64,000 nucleotides of DNA, taken from assembly GCA_965212015.1 (NCBI GenBank), contig OZ243037.1, forward strand, positions 1,280,001 through 1,344,000, written 5' to 3'. The position numbers were made by a program, and so were the translations under genes. The notes beneath the pieces are model-generated. The model was not told where the DNA came from. It made no database searches and was given only the letters and a program-made list of their open reading frames with translations. How positions within the stretch are numbered: the stretch's first letter is position 1; each line of letters opens with the position of its first letter. This stretch comes from Cenarchaeum sp. GTDB lineage: Archaea; Thermoproteota; Nitrososphaeria; Nitrososphaerales; Nitrosopumilaceae. Of this stretch, positions 37,924-47,437 are shown piece by piece.

Positions 37924-37933
37924 ATGATTCAGG

Positions 37934-39103
37934 ATGAAGGGCATAATTGTGTATGTGGTAGTGGGCGGGATGGCCCTAGCTGCGGTATTGTACCTTGTGG
38001 TGTATGCCGGAATGGATCACGCACCTACAGTACAGGACGAGGAAATCCTGATACTCGGGTCGTTTTTTCCGTATTACGAATTTGCAAGAAACGTGGCAGG
38101 CAGCCAGGCCAGAGTGGAGCAGTATATCCCGTTTGAGGTAGAGGCCCACGACTGGGAGCCACGTGCAGGGGAGATTCAGAGGCTAAAGGATGCGGACATC
38201 TTTGTGTACAACGGGCTTGGGCCAGAGCCGTATGTAACAGCCATGATGGATTCAGGCGAGTTTGATCACGTTGTTTTTCTAAGGGCGACTGAGGGGATAG
38301 GTCTTGTCATCAGGCCCGACAGCCCGCCCGGGCATGTGGAGCAGCTCCAAGACGAGATAATCATAATGATAGAGCAGATGCGGGGACAGGCTACAGACCG
38401 CCAGATAGTGGAATCCATTGGACTGCTGCTAGATATGCACAAGGATGACGGCCATGATCACGACGGCTGGATAAGGCACATTGAGGAGCTCATTGCGCAA
38501 AAAATGGACGACGGGCAGATCAGCGACGCGGAGCTAACCAGGATCCTCCGTTTCCTCTCATCGGGCGGGGCCGTCACTTTTGATCCCCACATGTGGCTTG
38601 ATCCGATACTGGCAATGCGGCAGGTTGACAACATAAGGGACGGACTGGTGATGGCCGATCCGGACGGCGCACAGCATTACATGGAGAACGCCGCCATATA
38701 CAACGAGAAACTCGGCAGCCTTGACGCCAAGATAAGATCCGGGCTGCTTGAGTGCCAAAAAGACACGTTCATCTCATTTCACAACGCCTTTGCATATTTT
38801 GCCAAGCGATACGGGCTGACGGCGTTTTCAATCGGCGGGATCTCGCCTGAATCGGAGGCCTCGGCATTTGAGATTGCAAGTTTTGTTGATTATGTCAGGG
38901 ACAACGACATAAAGTTCGTCTTTTCTGAGGATCTAGTCGATCCCCGCCTGGCACAGGTCATAGCAGACGAGGCGGGCGCACAAGTGGTGTTATTTAGCCC
39001 GATTGAGACGCTGACTGCGCAGGAGGCCTCTGACGGGGTGACGTTTTTGGACAAGATGGAGCAAAACCTGGACATCCTCAGGACTGCCCTGGAGTGCCAA
39101 TGA
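37934..39103 (+). CDS. znuA: Zn/Mn ABC transporter substrate-binding protein
   Basis: EAHDWEP, YNGLG, DPHMWLDP, HNAFAYF. Confidence 0.9.
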   Translation: MKGIIVYVVVGGMALAAVLYLVVYAGMDHAPTVQDEEILILGSFFPYYEFARNVAGSQARVEQYIPFEVEAHDWEPRAGEIQRLKDADIFVYNGLGPEPYVTAMMDSGEFDHVVFLRATEGIGLVIRPDSPPGHVEQLQDEIIIMIEQMRGQATDRQIVESIGLLLDMHKDDGHDHDGWIRHIEELIAQKMDDGQISDAELTRILRFLSSGGAVTFDPHMWLDPILAMRQVDNIRDGLVMADPDGAQHYMENAAIYNEKLGSLDAKIRSGLLECQKDTFISFHNAFAYFAKRYGLTAFSIGGISPESEASAFEIASFVDYVRDNDIKFVFSEDLVDPRLAQVIADEAGAQVVLFSPIETLTAQEASDGVTFLDKMEQNLDILRTALECQ

Positions 39104-39897
39104 AAAGCATACTCTCGGTGCGGAATCTCACTGTCGGGTATGACGGCCACGTGGCAGTGGACGACATTAGCTTTGACGTATCAAAAGGCGACCTGCTGGG
39201 AATAGTCGGGCCCAACGGTGCGGGCAAGACGACCCTGTTTCGCGCAATACTGGGACTGCAGCAGTACGAGGGGACGATAAGGATGTTTGATTGCGGCCCG
39301 GAGAGCTTCAAGTCGCTCATACCGCTTGTCGGCTATGTCCCGCAAAGGATTACCTTCGAGCCTAATTTTCCCGCCACGGTATACGATATAGTGTCAATGG
39401 GAATAATATCCGGCAAAAAGATCGCAAATGGCTCGGAGCTGGTTGGACGGCACGGCTTTTGCTGGAATCATACGTACGAAAAGATCGGCAGGACCGAGGA
39501 CAGGATTGCCGAGGCGCTAAAAACGGTGGAACTCGAGCATCTCAGGGATCGCCGAATCGGGGAGCTGTCGGGGGGCGAGCAGCAGAGGGTCTTTATCGCA
39601 AAGTCCCTGATCAAGGATCCGCTGCTGCTGATTCTAGACGAACCGGTCACAAGCGTCGATGTCAAATCCCAGACAAAGTTCTATGACGTGATAAAAAGAA
39701 TCAACGGGGACGGAATCACCGTCGTATGGTCGTCTCACGACCTTGACGCGCTAGAGAAATACGCAAGCAAGGTCGCATGCATGAACGGAAGCCTCTTTTT
39801 CCACGGGGAAAAGGAAAAATTCTTTTCTGACGAGAAAATACTGAAAACCTATACCGAATCGACCATGCAGATGCACATGCATGATCATGCCCATTAG
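39100..39897 (+). CDS. znuC: Zn/Mn ABC transporter ATPase
   Basis: GPNGAGKT, YVPQ, LSGGEQQR, DEP, His-rich tail. Confidence 0.92.
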   Translation: MKSILSVRNLTVGYDGHVAVDDISFDVSKGDLLGIVGPNGAGKTTLFRAILGLQQYEGTIRMFDCGPESFKSLIPLVGYVPQRITFEPNFPATVYDIVSMGIISGKKIANGSELVGRHGFCWNHTYEKIGRTEDRIAEALKTVELEHLRDRRIGELSGGEQQRVFIAKSLIKDPLLLILDEPVTSVDVKSQTKFYDVIKRINGDGITVVWSSHDLDALEKYASKVACMNGSLFFHGEKEKFFSDEKILKTYTESTMQMHMHDHAH

Positions 39898-39903
39898 GTG
39901 TGG

Positions 39904-40761
39904 ATGATGGTCCTCGACATCCTGGCTTACGGCTTTATGCAAAAGGCCCTGGTGGCCGGAATAGCCGTCGCGATAATATGCTCCTTTATGGGAATGTTTC
40001 TGGTGCTGCGAAGATACTCGCTTTTCGGCGACGGCATATCCCATGTGGCCTTTGGGGGGATATCATTGGGGCTGTTTCTGGGAATATTCCCGCTGTGGAG
40101 CGCGTTTGTGGTGTCGATTCTCGGGGGTCTGGGACTGCAAAAACTGCGCTCTAGCACAAACATGTCCGGCGACGCCGCAGTGGCAGTAGTCCTAGTCTCC
40201 GGCCTTGCAGTGGGCGTAATACTGGTGAGTGCGTCTGGCGGATTCTCAGTGGATCTGTTTAGCTTTTTGTTTGGAAGCATTCTGCTAATCAGCATAGAGG
40301 ACACGGTGGCGATTGTAATGATCAGCTCCGGGATAGTCCTGGTGCTTTTGGTGCTTCGCGGACAGTTTTTGCATCTCACATTTGACGAGGAGCAGGCAAG
40401 GATTGCGGGATTGAACGTTACTGCGCTCAACTATGCGTTTGTAGTCCTGGCCGCAGTAACGGTGGTGACATCTATGCGGCTAGTGGGGATACTGCTGATA
40501 TCCGCACTCATAGTGATTCCGAACATCTCGGCCATGATGTTTGGGAAGGGCTTCAAAAAGACAGTCGGCATTTCCATTTCCATGTCGGTCTTTTCGGTGA
40601 TAACCGGGATATTCTTGTCGTACTATTTGCAGCTGGCGCCGTCTGGCACGATAGTAATGACGGCAGTGGCACTCCTGCTTGGCACACTTGCATGCCGCTC
40701 GCTGGGGCTCATATCCAGGATCCCGACTAGGGGGCCGGCAAAGACGTCCCACAACTATTAG
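39904..40761 (+). CDS. znuB: Zn/Mn ABC transporter permease
   Basis: GDGISH, FLFGSIL, FDEE, VGILLI. Confidence 0.92.
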   Translation: MMVLDILAYGFMQKALVAGIAVAIICSFMGMFLVLRRYSLFGDGISHVAFGGISLGLFLGIFPLWSAFVVSILGGLGLQKLRSSTNMSGDAAVAVVLVSGLAVGVILVSASGGFSVDLFSFLFGSILLISIEDTVAIVMISSGIVLVLLVLRGQFLHLTFDEEQARIAGLNVTALNYAFVVLAAVTVVTSMRLVGILLISALIVIPNISAMMFGKGFKKTVGISISMSVFSVITGIFLSYYLQLAPSGTIVMTAVALLLGTLACRSLGLISRIPTRGPAKTSHNY

Positions 40762-40817
40762 AATCCCGGAATTCGCCGACGTGAGGGCCGCGAATCCGGA
40801 TTTCTTGTCATGAAAGG

Positions 40818-40912
40818 CGGGCTTGGAGGGCTTCGATCCCTCGACCTGTAACTTAGGAGGCTACCACGCTATCCATATTGCGCGCCGTTAAACGACTCTG
40901 CGCTACAAGCCC
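40818..40912 (-). tRNA. tRNA-Arg(CCT) with 20-nt non-canonical D-loop intron (about 40878-40897)
   Basis: Acceptor GGGCTTG/CAAGCCC, anticodon arm GTAGC-CTCCTAA-GTTAC; removing AGTCGTTTAACGGCGCGCAA gives a 75-nt cloverleaf. Confidence 0.88.
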
Positions 40913-40936
40913 AGCAAAAAATACACGGGTAATTAT

Positions 40937-41647
40937 TTAAGCGTAATCAAGGTTTGATTTAATCAGCTCCCGGATTGCACTCCATTCGGAGCTGTCCCTT
41001 TGCTCCCATTTTTCATAATAAATCACATCGTCCAATCCGAGTCTTGGCAGCCATCCCGCAGTTTCCAGATCCGGCTTGTCGGAGAATTTTTCCACGTATC
41101 CAAGACACAGATAGGCCACGGGAACGACGCGTTCGGGAAGCTCCAGCACACGCCTGAGAATCTTGTTTGAAAGAATGCTCACCCAGCCCAATCCCAGTCC
41201 CTCGGTTCTTGCGGCAAGCCACAGGTTTTGCACGGCGCAGCACACGCTATAGATTCCCGTCTCGGGAATGCTGGATTTTCCAATGATGAACGGCCCGAAT
41301 TTTGAGGGATCATATGTCACACAAATGTTTACCGGCGAATCCAGAATTCCCTCCAGCTTGAATGAGAGGTATTTTGTTTTTTTTGGCTCGTCGATCAGCA
41401 GCGAGGAGCGGATCCTCTCCTCGTCAAACGACTGCTTGATTTTCCGCCTTGTCTGCGGATCCTTGATTAAAATAAAATTCCACGGCTGGGAGAATCCGAC
41501 TGAGGGGGCATGGTGTGCCGCATTGAGAATTCTAGTCAGGGCGGCCCCGTCTACTGCCTGTGACGTAAACCTTGATCTCACGTCCCTTCTGGAAAACACC
41601 GCCTTGTAAAAGCCGGATTTCTCGCCATTCGTAAACTCGTCCCTCAT
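40937..41647 (-). CDS. bluB: 5,6-dimethylbenzimidazole synthase
   Basis: RRDVR, HAPSVGFSQPW, KLEGI, QNLWLAARTEGLGLGWVS. Confidence 0.9.
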   Translation of the reverse strand: MRDEFTNGEKSGFYKAVFSRRDVRSRFTSQAVDGAALTRILNAAHHAPSVGFSQPWNFILIKDPQTRRKIKQSFDEERIRSSLLIDEPKKTKYLSFKLEGILDSPVNICVTYDPSKFGPFIIGKSSIPETGIYSVCCAVQNLWLAARTEGLGLGWVSILSNKILRRVLELPERVVPVAYLCLGYVEKFSDKPDLETAGWLPRLGLDDVIYYEKWEQRDSSEWSAIRELIKSNLDYA

Positions 41648-41986
41648 GTGATCACCCGTGCCTGCCACGGCCTATTTTTCCCTTCTTGTATGGGGTCGCG
41701 CCCTATTGTGACTGGGGGTGAATTTTGCATCATGGAACCGGCCGCCTTGTACGCAAAATCCTTCATGGCACATTTTTTCGCCGTTTGGATTTATGTTTTG
41801 TTTAATCATGCCGGCCTGCGGGATAATGCCGGGATGGGGGTTCTGACGGAAAACAAGCATGCAATGCAGCATGCCAAATTTTGTCACGCGCGTCCCGAGT
41901 GTGCACGCCATCAGTGCATGGCCGGCGCAACTATCTCGCGCACTGTTAAAGGTTAATAATGTCTGCGGCAAACTCACAAGGGCATT

Positions 41987-42060
41987 GGGCCGGTAGTCTA
42001 GCTGGTTAGGATACCGCCTCGACACGGCGGTGATCGTGAGTTCGAATCTCTCTCGGCCCA
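41987..42060 (+). tRNA. tRNA-Val(GAC)
   Basis: GGGCCGG/TCGGCCC-A acceptor, CCGCC-TCGACAC-GGCGG anticodon arm, TTCGAAT T-loop. Confidence 0.88.
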
Positions 42061-42069
42061 TTAGGCTTT

Positions 42070-42570
42070 TTAAAATTCCTTTTCAATAAGGGACCAGGAG
42101 GTCTCTACGGTAATCACGCCGCTGGCGGTGTAATCCACATCTTCGCCGTCTATTATGGCATCATATACGCCGTCACTTACGGTGCTTTTTGTCAGCTTGA
42201 AGGTGTTCTTGAGCGGAATCTCAGTCCCCGCATAAAAGGCGGCCCTTCCCGGCATTGAAACGTCCTGGGTAGAGTATGCGCCAGAACCCAGCTGTTCCCC
42301 GTCGGCATACAGGTCATAGCTGATGAGCGGAACCGTAAACGTCTTTTCGGACGGATTTGAGACCAGAAAGACGACTTGGAGCTTTGCGCTATCTTCTATG
42401 GTGTTTACGCCTATGACGCTTACACCCTGTAGCTCAATGATGACTTTTTCCAGTTCGGGATTGTCCAGACTGGCATAATAGACAAAACCCCCCATCATTA
42501 CGAACAATCCTCCAATGGCGGCAAATACGGTAACCCTGCTTTGTAATCCCAAACAAACCTCGTTGCACAA
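42070..42570 (-). CDS. Membrane-anchored LEA-2/WHy-like protein
   Basis: N-terminal TM; VSNPS..ISYDLYADG; start uncertain. Confidence 0.7.
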   Translation of the reverse strand: MCNEVCLGLQSRVTVFAAIGGLFVMMGGFVYYASLDNPELEKVIIELQGVSVIGVNTIEDSAKLQVVFLVSNPSEKTFTVPLISYDLYADGEQLGSGAYSTQDVSMPGRAAFYAGTEIPLKNTFKLTKSTVSDGVYDAIIDGEDVDYTASGVITVETSWSLIEKEF

Positions 42571-42630
42571 GACGACTAAAAAACGTTGAGATCACAATAG
42601 ATATTATTTGATTTAAACCCAGCAAATGCC

Positions 42631-43125
42631 ATGGCACTGGAGCAGGCGATAATAACGTGGATTCACCTGGTTTCCGCATCCATATGGGTCGGCGGAGGTT
42701 TGTTTCTGGGCATTGTTCTTGCGCCGATCCTGAAAAAAACCTCGCTGTCCCTGGAGGAGCGAATCGGACTGATGATAAAAATCGGAAGGCGATTCAACAA
42801 AATCGCGGTCCCCTCCCTGGCCATCCTCATCGGGACGGGAATATACAGCTCCTACTCCCTGCTTGGCAATCCCGACCTGCTATTCAGGACCAGCTATGGC
42901 GAATTTTTGGTCGTAAAAATGATCCTAGTCGTGGCGGTAATCGTAACCTTTGCGGTGCACGTGCGTATTATTCGCAGGGACGTCGAGGAAAAAATCACCG
43001 CCGGCAAGATGTCAGAGCCTGAAATCCAGAGGCTGCGCAAAAAAATAATCATTCTGGGGGAGATAATGTCGGTGATCTCTGTGATCATACTGCTGCTTGC
43101 CGCACTGCTGGACGCAGGCGTGTGA
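42631..43125 (+). CDS. CopD-like membrane protein
   Basis: WIHLVSASIWVGG, TSYG..LVVK, ~4 TM. Confidence 0.8.
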   Translation: MALEQAIITWIHLVSASIWVGGGLFLGIVLAPILKKTSLSLEERIGLMIKIGRRFNKIAVPSLAILIGTGIYSSYSLLGNPDLLFRTSYGEFLVVKMILVVAVIVTFAVHVRIIRRDVEEKITAGKMSEPEIQRLRKKIIILGEIMSVISVIILLLAALLDAGV

Positions 43126-43168
43126 ACCGGCCCCCTATCTTTTTTAAGCCGCTTGACCAAGTCCGGCC

Positions 43169-43663
43169 GTGAACGGTTTACTGGTGGGGAGATTTCAGCC
43201 GTTCCACCTGGGACACGCACACGCAATCAGGTTTGCTCTGTCCAGAGTGGACAAGCTGTGGCTTGGCATCGGCAGCTCCGGCAGGCCGGCAGAAAAGAAC
43301 AATCCCTTTTCGGCCGACGAGAGAAAGGCCATGATCTCGCATTCCCTGGATCCGCAATCGGCGAAAAACATCGAAATCTACAACATTCCCGATCTTGACG
43401 ACCACGTAAAATGGATGGAAAACCTGGACGGCATAGTGCCAGAGTATCAGGTGGTGTTTTCCAGCGACGAGATGACCCGGCACCTGTACTTAAAAAGAAA
43501 CAAGGAGGTAATCTCTGCCCCGTTTATCAGGCGCGGCGAGCTCTCTGGGACAAACATCCGGGCAAGAATGACCGGGGATCAGGACTGGCAATCCCTCGTT
43601 CCTGAGGGCACGAAAAAAATACTTGAAAAGATCGGCGCCAGGGATCGGCTGGAACATCTCTAA
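43169..43663 (+). CDS. nadM: Nicotinamide-nucleotide adenylyltransferase
   Basis: GRFQPFHLGH, NPFSADER, SGTNIR. Confidence 0.92.
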   Translation: MNGLLVGRFQPFHLGHAHAIRFALSRVDKLWLGIGSSGRPAEKNNPFSADERKAMISHSLDPQSAKNIEIYNIPDLDDHVKWMENLDGIVPEYQVVFSSDEMTRHLYLKRNKEVISAPFIRRGELSGTNIRARMTGDQDWQSLVPEGTKKILEKIGARDRLEHL

Positions 43664-43703
43664 TTATAAATAATGTCCTCGCCGAGTCCATGACGGGAGA
43701 AAT

Positions 43704-44858
43704 TTGGAATATCTAGTAATGCTGCCTGGCCCGACAAACGTGCCAGAGAGGGTGCTCAGGGCAATGTACGTGCCCATGATTAATCACCGGAGCGACGATT
43801 TTGTAGACCTGTATGAGCCGTGCGTGGAAAAGACAAAAAAGGTCTTTCGGACAAGCGGCGATGCGGTATGCCTGTCGGCATCGGGCACGGGGGCAGTGGA
43901 GGCAGGCGTAGTCAATCTCATTAAAAAGGACGACAAGGTAATCATTCCGGTAAATGGCGAGTTTAGCAGCAGGCTATCACAGATGCTGGAATGGTCCGGC
44001 GCAAACGTGGTAAAGCTAGAGACGCCGCCAGGCGAGAATGCCAGCTTTGATCAGGTAAAGGAGGCGTTTGACAACAACAAGGACGTCAAGGCGTTTTACT
44101 GCGTCTGGAACGAGACGTCCACCGGCACGATGCTGGGATACCTCGACAGGATAAAGGATCTCACCTCCCGGAACGACGCTTACTATGTGGTAGATGGCGT
44201 ATCAATCGTGGGCGGAGAGGAGCTCCGGATGGACGACTGGGGCATCGACGTGGCAATGACGGGCGCACAAAAGGCGTTTGCCGCCCCGCCGGGCATCTCT
44301 CCCATCTGCGTCAATGCCCGGACAAAAAAATACATGGTGGAGAATCCCCCAAATACGATGTACTTTAACCTTGCACGGTACTTCAAGTATTACGAGGAGG
44401 CAAAGCACACCCCGTTTACCCCGGCCCTGCCGCTTTTGTATGCGTACAACGAGGCGATGGACATGATCCTGGAGGAGGGCCTGGATGCACGAATCAAGCG
44501 CCACCGCGTGTGCTCCGATGCGCTTTACTCCGGACTTAGCTCCATCGGGCTGACCCCGTTTGCAAAGGAGGACTCGCGTTCCACCGTCGTAATCGCGCTG
44601 AACTATCTTGAGGGCCTCGAGGACAAGACATTCCGAAACACGCTGGCAGAAAAGTTCCGCGTCCTGGTTGCGGGGGGATTTGGAAACCTAAAGGGCAAGG
44701 TATTCAGAGTGGGATGCATGGGCGAGGTGGGCCGGTACCACGTCATGAGAACCATATCGGCAATCTCTTCTACTCTTGAAATGATGGGCTATGACACAGA
44801 TACAAAGACGGGGCTGAAAACCGCAGAGGAAAAACTGCAAGCTCTGAAAGCCTGTTAA
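43704..44858 (+). CDS. Alanine-glyoxylate / serine-pyruvate aminotransferase family
   Basis: PGPT, NETSTG, DGVS, QKAFAAPPG, TPFTP. Confidence 0.92.
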   Translation: MEYLVMLPGPTNVPERVLRAMYVPMINHRSDDFVDLYEPCVEKTKKVFRTSGDAVCLSASGTGAVEAGVVNLIKKDDKVIIPVNGEFSSRLSQMLEWSGANVVKLETPPGENASFDQVKEAFDNNKDVKAFYCVWNETSTGTMLGYLDRIKDLTSRNDAYYVVDGVSIVGGEELRMDDWGIDVAMTGAQKAFAAPPGISPICVNARTKKYMVENPPNTMYFNLARYFKYYEEAKHTPFTPALPLLYAYNEAMDMILEEGLDARIKRHRVCSDALYSGLSSIGLTPFAKEDSRSTVVIALNYLEGLEDKTFRNTLAEKFRVLVAGGFGNLKGKVFRVGCMGEVGRYHVMRTISAISSTLEMMGYDTDTKTGLKTAEEKLQALKAC

Positions 44859-44889
44859 CTTAATATAAGGAATTTTGAGAATTACCACA

Positions 44890-45669
44890 TTGACTTTCAA
44901 CAAGGGTTCGCTGATTCTGGTGGATTATACCGCCAAGATCAAGGACAGCGACAGCATCTTTGATACGACCATTGAGGCAGACGCGCTAAAACACTCCCTG
45001 CATGATCCCAACGTCAAATACAACCCCAAAATAGTTTCAATCGGCGAGCAGAGCTTTCCCGTACTAGAGGGCCTTGATGAGGCCCTGGCAAACTCGAACG
45101 TGGGGGACAAGCTGACAGTGGAGATCCCGCCGGAGAAGGGATTCGGCGAGAGGGATACAGGCAAGGTGCGCATCATCCCCCTCAGGAAGCTGGGCGATGA
45201 TGCCGACAAGGTTTCCGTCGGCGACTCGATTGACATTGACGGAAAACACGGCATTGTGCGGCACATCGGCTCCGGAAGGGTGCAAATCGACTATAACCAC
45301 CGTCACGCAGGAAAGACACTCGTGTATGACGTGAATGTCAAAAAATCACTGGATTTGGACGACGACAAGATTGGCGAGATTCTCAAATACAGGATTCCGG
45401 CAGAGGACTCGCAGATAGAGTTTAAAAAATCCGCAAACTCCCTAGACGTAATAATTCCAAAAGAGATATTCAGGATGGACGGCCTACACACCGTAAAGCA
45501 TTTCATTCAGATGGACATATTCCAGTTCCTGCCTGATCTGGAGAAAATCAACTTTATCGAGACCCACTCGAACAAAAAACCCGAGCCAGAACAGAAAACA
45601 GAACAAAAACCCAACGAGACCACAGAACAGGAAACTAAACAAAAAACTTCAGATCAGAAAGCCGCCTAA
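44890..45669 (+). CDS. Long-type FKBP PPIase (SlyD-like)
   Basis: FDTT, GLDEAL, IPPEKGFGER, DYNHRHAGK; low-complexity EQK tail. Confidence 0.9.
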   Translation: MTFNKGSLILVDYTAKIKDSDSIFDTTIEADALKHSLHDPNVKYNPKIVSIGEQSFPVLEGLDEALANSNVGDKLTVEIPPEKGFGERDTGKVRIIPLRKLGDDADKVSVGDSIDIDGKHGIVRHIGSGRVQIDYNHRHAGKTLVYDVNVKKSLDLDDDKIGEILKYRIPAEDSQIEFKKSANSLDVIIPKEIFRMDGLHTVKHFIQMDIFQFLPDLEKINFIETHSNKKPEPEQKTEQKPNETTEQETKQKTSDQKAA

Positions 45670-46709
45670 ACCACCCCGGTGTCCCTTGCCAGTGCAAGCG
45701 CCTTTTTGCGAGTCATTTTAAACTCCTTGAGAACCGTGTATCTCTCCGGCCGCAGATTCTGGGCCATTACCAGGGCCCCGACTAGATCCCCCGTCTTTAG
45801 GCCTATCTGTCTTGCAGTCGTCGGCGCCCCGATGAGATCAAGTGTCCTTTTAATCCCGCGCCAGTCAAACCCGTGCAGCTTTGCCATCATTATGGATCCC
45901 ATGCCGCACTTTTGGCCGTGCAGGCCCACGTTTGGAGCTAGCTTGTCTAGCGCATGTGAAAACAGGTGCTCGGCCCCAGAACACGGCCTGCTGCTTCCCG
46001 CAATGCAGGACGCAACGCCGGCGCTTATCAGCGCCTCCACTATGACCCTCTCGTCGAGGCCGTTTTTTGCAAACAATTTTGCATTCTCCATTATTATCTT
46101 TGCACTCATCAGGGCAAGATCGGCGGCATATCTTCCATAGTATTCCCCGGTCTTGTCCCTTCCCAGCTCCCAGTCCTTTACTGCAATAATGTTTGCAATC
46201 AAATCCCCGCATCCGCTTGCCAAAAGCTGTCTTGGGGCCTTTTTTATGATGTCAATATCCACAAAGACGCCAAGCGGCGCAGTCGCCACTATCGAGTGGG
46301 GTCTGTCCCCCCTTATGGAGACAAAAGGACTTGCAATTCCGTCATGGGATGCGGCAGTGGGAACGCTGGCAAACGGGATCTTGAGGTTAAATGCGATCAT
46401 TTTTGCCGTATCTACCGCCCTGCCCCCGCCTATGCCCACAATCAGGCTGCTTTTGTCCCTCATGACTGCCGACTGGATTCGCGCGATTGATTCTAGCTCG
46501 TTTTGTCTTGCAGCGTGCCAGACCCACCTGATCCCCGATTTCTTCAGGGAATCCTCGATCTCGCCCCGGATGATTTTTCTTACATTAATTCCCGAGATTA
46601 GTGATATTTTTTCCGGATTCTTCAGTGATTTTAGGAATTTTCCTATGTTTTTGATGTTTTTCTCCCCTATTACTATCAGCCGTGGCAGCTCCATCGTATG
46701 CGAGGGCAT
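45666..46709 (-). CDS. egsA: sn-glycerol-1-phosphate dehydrogenase
   Basis: GGGRAVD, PTAASHDGIAS, SRPCSGAEHLFSH, HG. Confidence 0.95.
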   Translation of the reverse strand: MPSHTMELPRLIVIGEKNIKNIGKFLKSLKNPEKISLISGINVRKIIRGEIEDSLKKSGIRWVWHAARQNELESIARIQSAVMRDKSSLIVGIGGGRAVDTAKMIAFNLKIPFASVPTAASHDGIASPFVSIRGDRPHSIVATAPLGVFVDIDIIKKAPRQLLASGCGDLIANIIAVKDWELGRDKTGEYYGRYAADLALMSAKIIMENAKLFAKNGLDERVIVEALISAGVASCIAGSSRPCSGAEHLFSHALDKLAPNVGLHGQKCGMGSIMMAKLHGFDWRGIKRTLDLIGAPTTARQIGLKTGDLVGALVMAQNLRPERYTVLKEFKMTRKKALALARDTGVV

Positions 46710-46788
46710 GTCCCGATTTCCCGTCATTTGTCTCCTGAATGGAACAAAAAGTTATTTAAAAGGGTTACATGCACTGAAAGCATCTTAG

Positions 46789-47430
46789 GTGTATTTTTTG
46801 TCCAATAATGTCGAAGAAAAAATCCTTCACGGAACTACCACTGTAGGTATCAAGGCAAAAGACGGTGTCGTCCTGTGTGCCGATATGAGGGCCAGCGCGG
46901 GCTATTTCATTGCCAACAACAACACCATGAAAATACAGCAGATCGACGACCATGCCGGCCTGACCCTTGCCGGCGGCGTTGCAGACGCGCAAAACATCGT
47001 TGACATACTTCGGTATCATGCCAGCCTGCACAGGATACAAAAGCAGGAGCCGATGCCGATAAAGTCCCTGACAAGACTGACCTCGTTAATTTTTCACCAA
47101 AACCGCGGATATCCGTTCATTGCAGACATTCTTCTAGGCGGATTCGACGGCGGCGGGCCTGCGCTATTTAACATAGACATGTTCGGCTCCGTGGAGGAAA
47201 AATCCTACGTAACCACCGGAAGCGGCTCACCGGTGGCATACGGCACGCTTGAGGAGGAATACCGCGACAATCTCTCAGTCCAGGACGCAAAGGTGATAGC
47301 CATGCGGGCGGTAAAGGCCGCAATAACGAGGAACATCGGCACTGGGGACGGAATCAACATAGCGACAATAGACAATAACGGATTTAACCTTCTTACCAAA
47401 GACCAGAAAAAAGCAATCATTACGCTTTAG
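46789..47430 (+). CDS. psmB: Proteasome subunit beta
   Basis: Propeptide HG/TTT, GSGS, GDG. Confidence 0.95.
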   Translation: MYFLSNNVEEKILHGTTTVGIKAKDGVVLCADMRASAGYFIANNNTMKIQQIDDHAGLTLAGGVADAQNIVDILRYHASLHRIQKQEPMPIKSLTRLTSLIFHQNRGYPFIADILLGGFDGGGPALFNIDMFGSVEEKSYVTTGSGSPVAYGTLEEEYRDNLSVQDAKVIAMRAVKAAITRNIGTGDGINIATIDNNGFNLLTKDQKKAIITL

Positions 47431-47437
47431 TGATTTA

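Noticed and set aside
41648-41986. Cobalamin riboswitch upstream of bluB
   Set aside because: No B12-box or conserved core recognisable by eye
41672-42061. 129-aa minus-strand ORF
   Set aside because: Begins antisense to tRNA-Val; typical spurious tRNA-shadow ORF
40762-42069. Integrated element at the tRNA genes
   Set aside because: No integrase and no duplicated tRNA 3' end seen in the window
45579-45660. A/C-rich short repeats at the FKBP 3' end
   Set aside because: Encode an ordinary low-complexity EQK/T tail
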